In this document: positions 33,961-37,266 of the stretch, piece by piece | Position numbering within the stretch: the first letter of the stretch is position 1 | Layout: every line of letters begins with the position of its first letter | Assembly: GCA_000182565.2 (NCBI GenBank) | Contig: KQ257456.1 | From: Spizellomyces punctatus DAOM BR117 | Lineage: Eukaryota | Reading direction: 5' to 3' (one strand) | DNA: 37,266 nt | Notes under the pieces: model-generated | The model's input: the letters and a program-made list of their open reading frames with translations, nothing else | Told to the model about the DNA's origin: nothing | Database searches by the model: none | Translations under genes and position numbers: made by a program

Positions 33961-34735
33961 AAACATTCTTTTTGTATATTGTTGAAATTTGTTTTTTTCT
34001 TTTTTTTGGGGATTGTGTATTTTTATAAAGGATTTTTTTTTTTTTTTTTCATGTGTGGGTGTTTTACTTTCTGAAATGATTGTTATCGTGTGTGTGTGTG
34101 TATGTGTGTTTTATTTTTTTTTGTTGGATAGATGGTGATTGTTGAGGGTTAAATAGTATCTATCAGGACATGTTTGTGAATTCACATTCAAAGCCTTTTG
34201 TGTGTGTGTGAGGTATGCAAAAGGCAATGAAACAAATGCTACTCGCTATATCCCTTCGAGATAAACATCTGCATATGCAAACTTTTGGGTTGAATTGTAG
34301 TAAGGTTTGGTAAATGTGTGTGTACACAGCTGTTTTGTGTGCGATGATCGTACATTGAATATACACAATATTTGAAAGTCAAACATTTCAATCAACTCTT
34401 TTTTGAACAAAAACGTTTCCATTCATGTACTCATATCCAAATAACACTCGTTCTTGCGTGGATAATCTGGATAATTCTTTGAAGGGATCGGCATGAAATC
34501 TATACCTATTCTTTAACAGTATTGCCCAACATGCCATGCAACACGTTACGAAAATGCTTGAACCCCTCAGCAGAAAACTAGTTGTCAATCTTGATAATCT
34601 CGATCCGCTACGATATCCATGCTACCTACAATATCTCCAATTCACGACATGCATGGGAAAATTCCAAAGGATATGAACAAGGATCCCCAAACCCACGATC
34701 ACACCGCCAATTTTTTCAGCTACTGCTTTGTCAGT

Positions 34736-35229
34736 CACTTGTACGCTGCTTACATTCATTATTCGTAGCATCTATTGTCCCGCTTCCACCAAGCTTAGAT
34801 CCATAGAACATGCAAAGTAGACGATTCACGAATCGACGGACAGATATATTCAACAATTTTTTCACGCACCGGTTTCTTACTTGTACGCTGCGTACATTCC
34901 TATTCGTGGCCGCTTCCATCAAGCATAGATCCATACAAAATAAACGAAACGGTCCACGAATCGACAGACAGATATATTCAACAAGGCCCGCCAACGTATG
35001 CCAAACACTATACAAAAAAGTAAAGCACTACGTACACACAAAATCGGTAACCGAAAGAGTACAAATGTCCCGAAAACAAAGGGTCATATGTATAATCCTA
35101 ACGCAAAATGGGAATAGGAAAGCAAAGGTCGGGGGTCCAAATCTTGTTGTTGTTGTCGTCGTTGTCGTCGTCGTTCGGATCTGGGTATTCTGGGGCCTGT
35201 CCCAAGAAAAATTGCACCAATAGATACAG
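34736..35229. repeat. Dispersed repeat R3, tandem copies 3a (34736-34856) and 3b (34869-35229), downstream of the cyclin gene
   Basis: Same motifs as 9476-9680 and 11257-11623, in the same orientation. Confidence 0.9.
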
Positions 35230-35455
35230 TGTATGGCGTTGGCGTGTAGCCAAGCGGATGTGAATGTGAGGCTGAGTGATAGTAGCAAAAAAGTAGCTGC
35301 ATTTTGCGTGATGTTTGCAGTTCTTTTTACGCTGTTGATGTGATATGTTGCTTATGCAAGGATACAGATTTGCAAGTGGGACGGACCGGAAAGGGAATGG
35401 TAGCCCTTTTGTTGTCGGCAGGTTCAAGCGGGCTGAAGATATGAGGCGCAAACTG

Positions 35456-36957
35456 TCACAAACCCCAAACGGTTGCACCACGCTCGGCTACCACCGTTGT
35501 CGGATGCCATAAACTCGCACTGCGCCATTGCTCGTCTGGGACATATGCATCTGCATGACGAAGCTGGCCGTTTCGCCATGTTGTAGCGCGAGGTTGATTT
35601 CGTGCGTACCGTGGTCCGCTTGTGCGAGTTCGTCTCTCGCGATGATGGTGATGAGTGGCTTCAGGAATGGGAGCTTTTGTCGATGGGGAATATCCAGACA
35701 TGTTGGTGCGTCGATGTCGTAGGATTGCCAAAGGCTGCATCGATCGTAATGGGTTTACGCCGGCAACGGGTATATGACTGTTTGCAAAGTGTGCGTAGCG
35801 CTGCCCTGTTTCTCCATTTAACCCGGTACTAGTCGGAACCACATACCCACTGTTCTGGGTATATGTCGGTATGCGATGGTCGACATTCATGTATCCAGAG
35901 TATGTGGCAGGTGAAGACGGGAATAACAACGGAGGCACAGCAGCAGCGGCCGGGGAGACAGAGACGGCAGAATCGGTAGGAGACGCTGCGCTGAGGGTTG
36001 TCGGTTTGTAGCGGACTTGGTTGAGGGCACATGAGAATGATTGAAGGTTCTGGAGCCAAAGAAAGTAAGAGTAATCTGACATGTGCAGGCGATAGTCTAG
36101 GGACTGTAGGAACTCCCGCTCCATAATCTATGGAAAAAATACAAAAGGTTGAGAACGGGTTATTCGAGCAAAGCAAAGATACGACATTGAGACCTACGTT
36201 GAGTTCTTCGACAGATAGGCCTGTGACTTGTGACCAAGCGGCATTCGTGAACCTATGGTCGTCCATGACCTGCGAAAAGCGGGGAATGTATCAGTCATTG
36301 TAAGGACTGGCAATGATTGACAGTAGCAGAGACTGCAGGTCTAGTAATGTACAACTGTACCTTGTTGGCCAACAACAACGCAGTTGCAAACAATCTGTAT
36401 TCACTTCCCTCGGCCGCCTTCACTAATGGATTTGCCGCTCTGAGCCTCTTCAAAAACCACAAGGCCATCAACAACACGGGCGCCTCGACATTGGTCGCTT
36501 GTAGAATGTGCATAATGAACGACTGAAATGTCGGCAAGTCTCTATGTTCCATTTTCATCTCTGATTCGTTTCGTTCGCAGTTTGGGAGCCAAAGCACTCT
36601 GGTATACTGTGTCGCAAGGTCTGTCAGATATGACAATGTTGTGATATCCATGCTGCTATCGGTTGGCGACGGTAAAAGTAGAGGGGATACACAAGGAGGA
36701 TGTGGACTGAAAGTGTTGTGACTGGGCTCGTGCTGTGGTAGGGCTGTGGATGCCGAGTGCTGCTGATAGGAAGGGGCTATGATGCTGTTTCCCTCAGGCT
36801 GGATCCAAGGTGGATAGGCGTAGTAAGAGAAACCGTTGGATGACAGAGGAGCGGCAGTGGATGCAAGGCGTACGTCGTTGTCGTTGGTGGTATAATACCG
36901 AGATGAGGATGGGATATCCATAACAGAAGGTATCGTTGACCGATCCAAGAAGATCAT
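35456..36957 (-). CDS. Pho85-family cyclin (Pcl/Clg1-like), 3 exons
   Basis: Exons 36957-36361, 36269-36198 and 36127-35456. Cyclin box FIMHILQAT..LLMALWFLKRL..GSEYRLFATALLLANKVMDDHRFTNAAWSQVTGLSVEELNIMEREFL..LDYRL. The start codon is uncertain. Confidence 0.92.
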
Positions 36958-37266
36958 TGCCAAAAAGCAAAATGCTGGAAGCGGAACCAGCAAGCAACAA
37001 CCCTTTTTTTACACAATCACAATGCGTTTAAAAAAAAGAAATGGGAGAAAACTGCGAAACAAAAGATGACAAACAAGAGTGTGACGTCCAACCAACAACC
37101 CAACATCGGACAGTTTCTCTTTGAGCCCTCCTCCTCCTCCTTCCCTTCCCTTGCAATGTCCACTTTTGCCCCCCCAAAAGACTCGAGTAATTTTCACAGG
37201 TACTAATGAAAAGCCCGAGCTCTGTCTTTTTCTTTTTTTTGATCACGTCCCCCCCATCATGTCCAT

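Noticed and set aside
35098..35481. 127-aa minus-strand ORF overlapping the cyclin stop
   Set aside because: Non-ATG start; it runs into repeat R3, whose other copy has an earlier stop.

Overview
Eukaryotic, intron-rich fungal genomic DNA. A chitin synthase together with a RalGAP-beta gene suggests an early-diverging, chytrid-like fungus (inference). Eight spliced protein genes can be reconstructed: division-1 chitin synthase (3609-7001 +), RalGAP beta subunit (14113-20051 +), a Ser-rich/coiled-coil hypothetical (20430-23170 +), a hypothetical (23382-24942 -), an HSL-family esterase ending in a PTS1-type AKL (26246-27776 -), an SMYD-type SET/MYND protein with substituted catalytic motifs (28370-30488 -), a signal-peptide/Kelch/TM protein (31695-33960 +) and a Pcl/Clg1-like cyclin (35456-36957 -). 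There are two tRNA-Thr(UGU) genes and an inverted 3'-half remnant. The intervals 1-3100 and 7430-13000 are repeat-rich mosaics. They hold a solo-LTR-like insert with a 4-bp TSD carrying a Helitron-like insert, a duplicated element with an unknown ORF, a piggyBac-like MITE, a Ski2 helicase gene fragment, a tandem array built from the 5' end of a tRNA, palindromic arrays and telomere-like tracts. All coordinates, splice models and family calls were made by eye; no searches were run.
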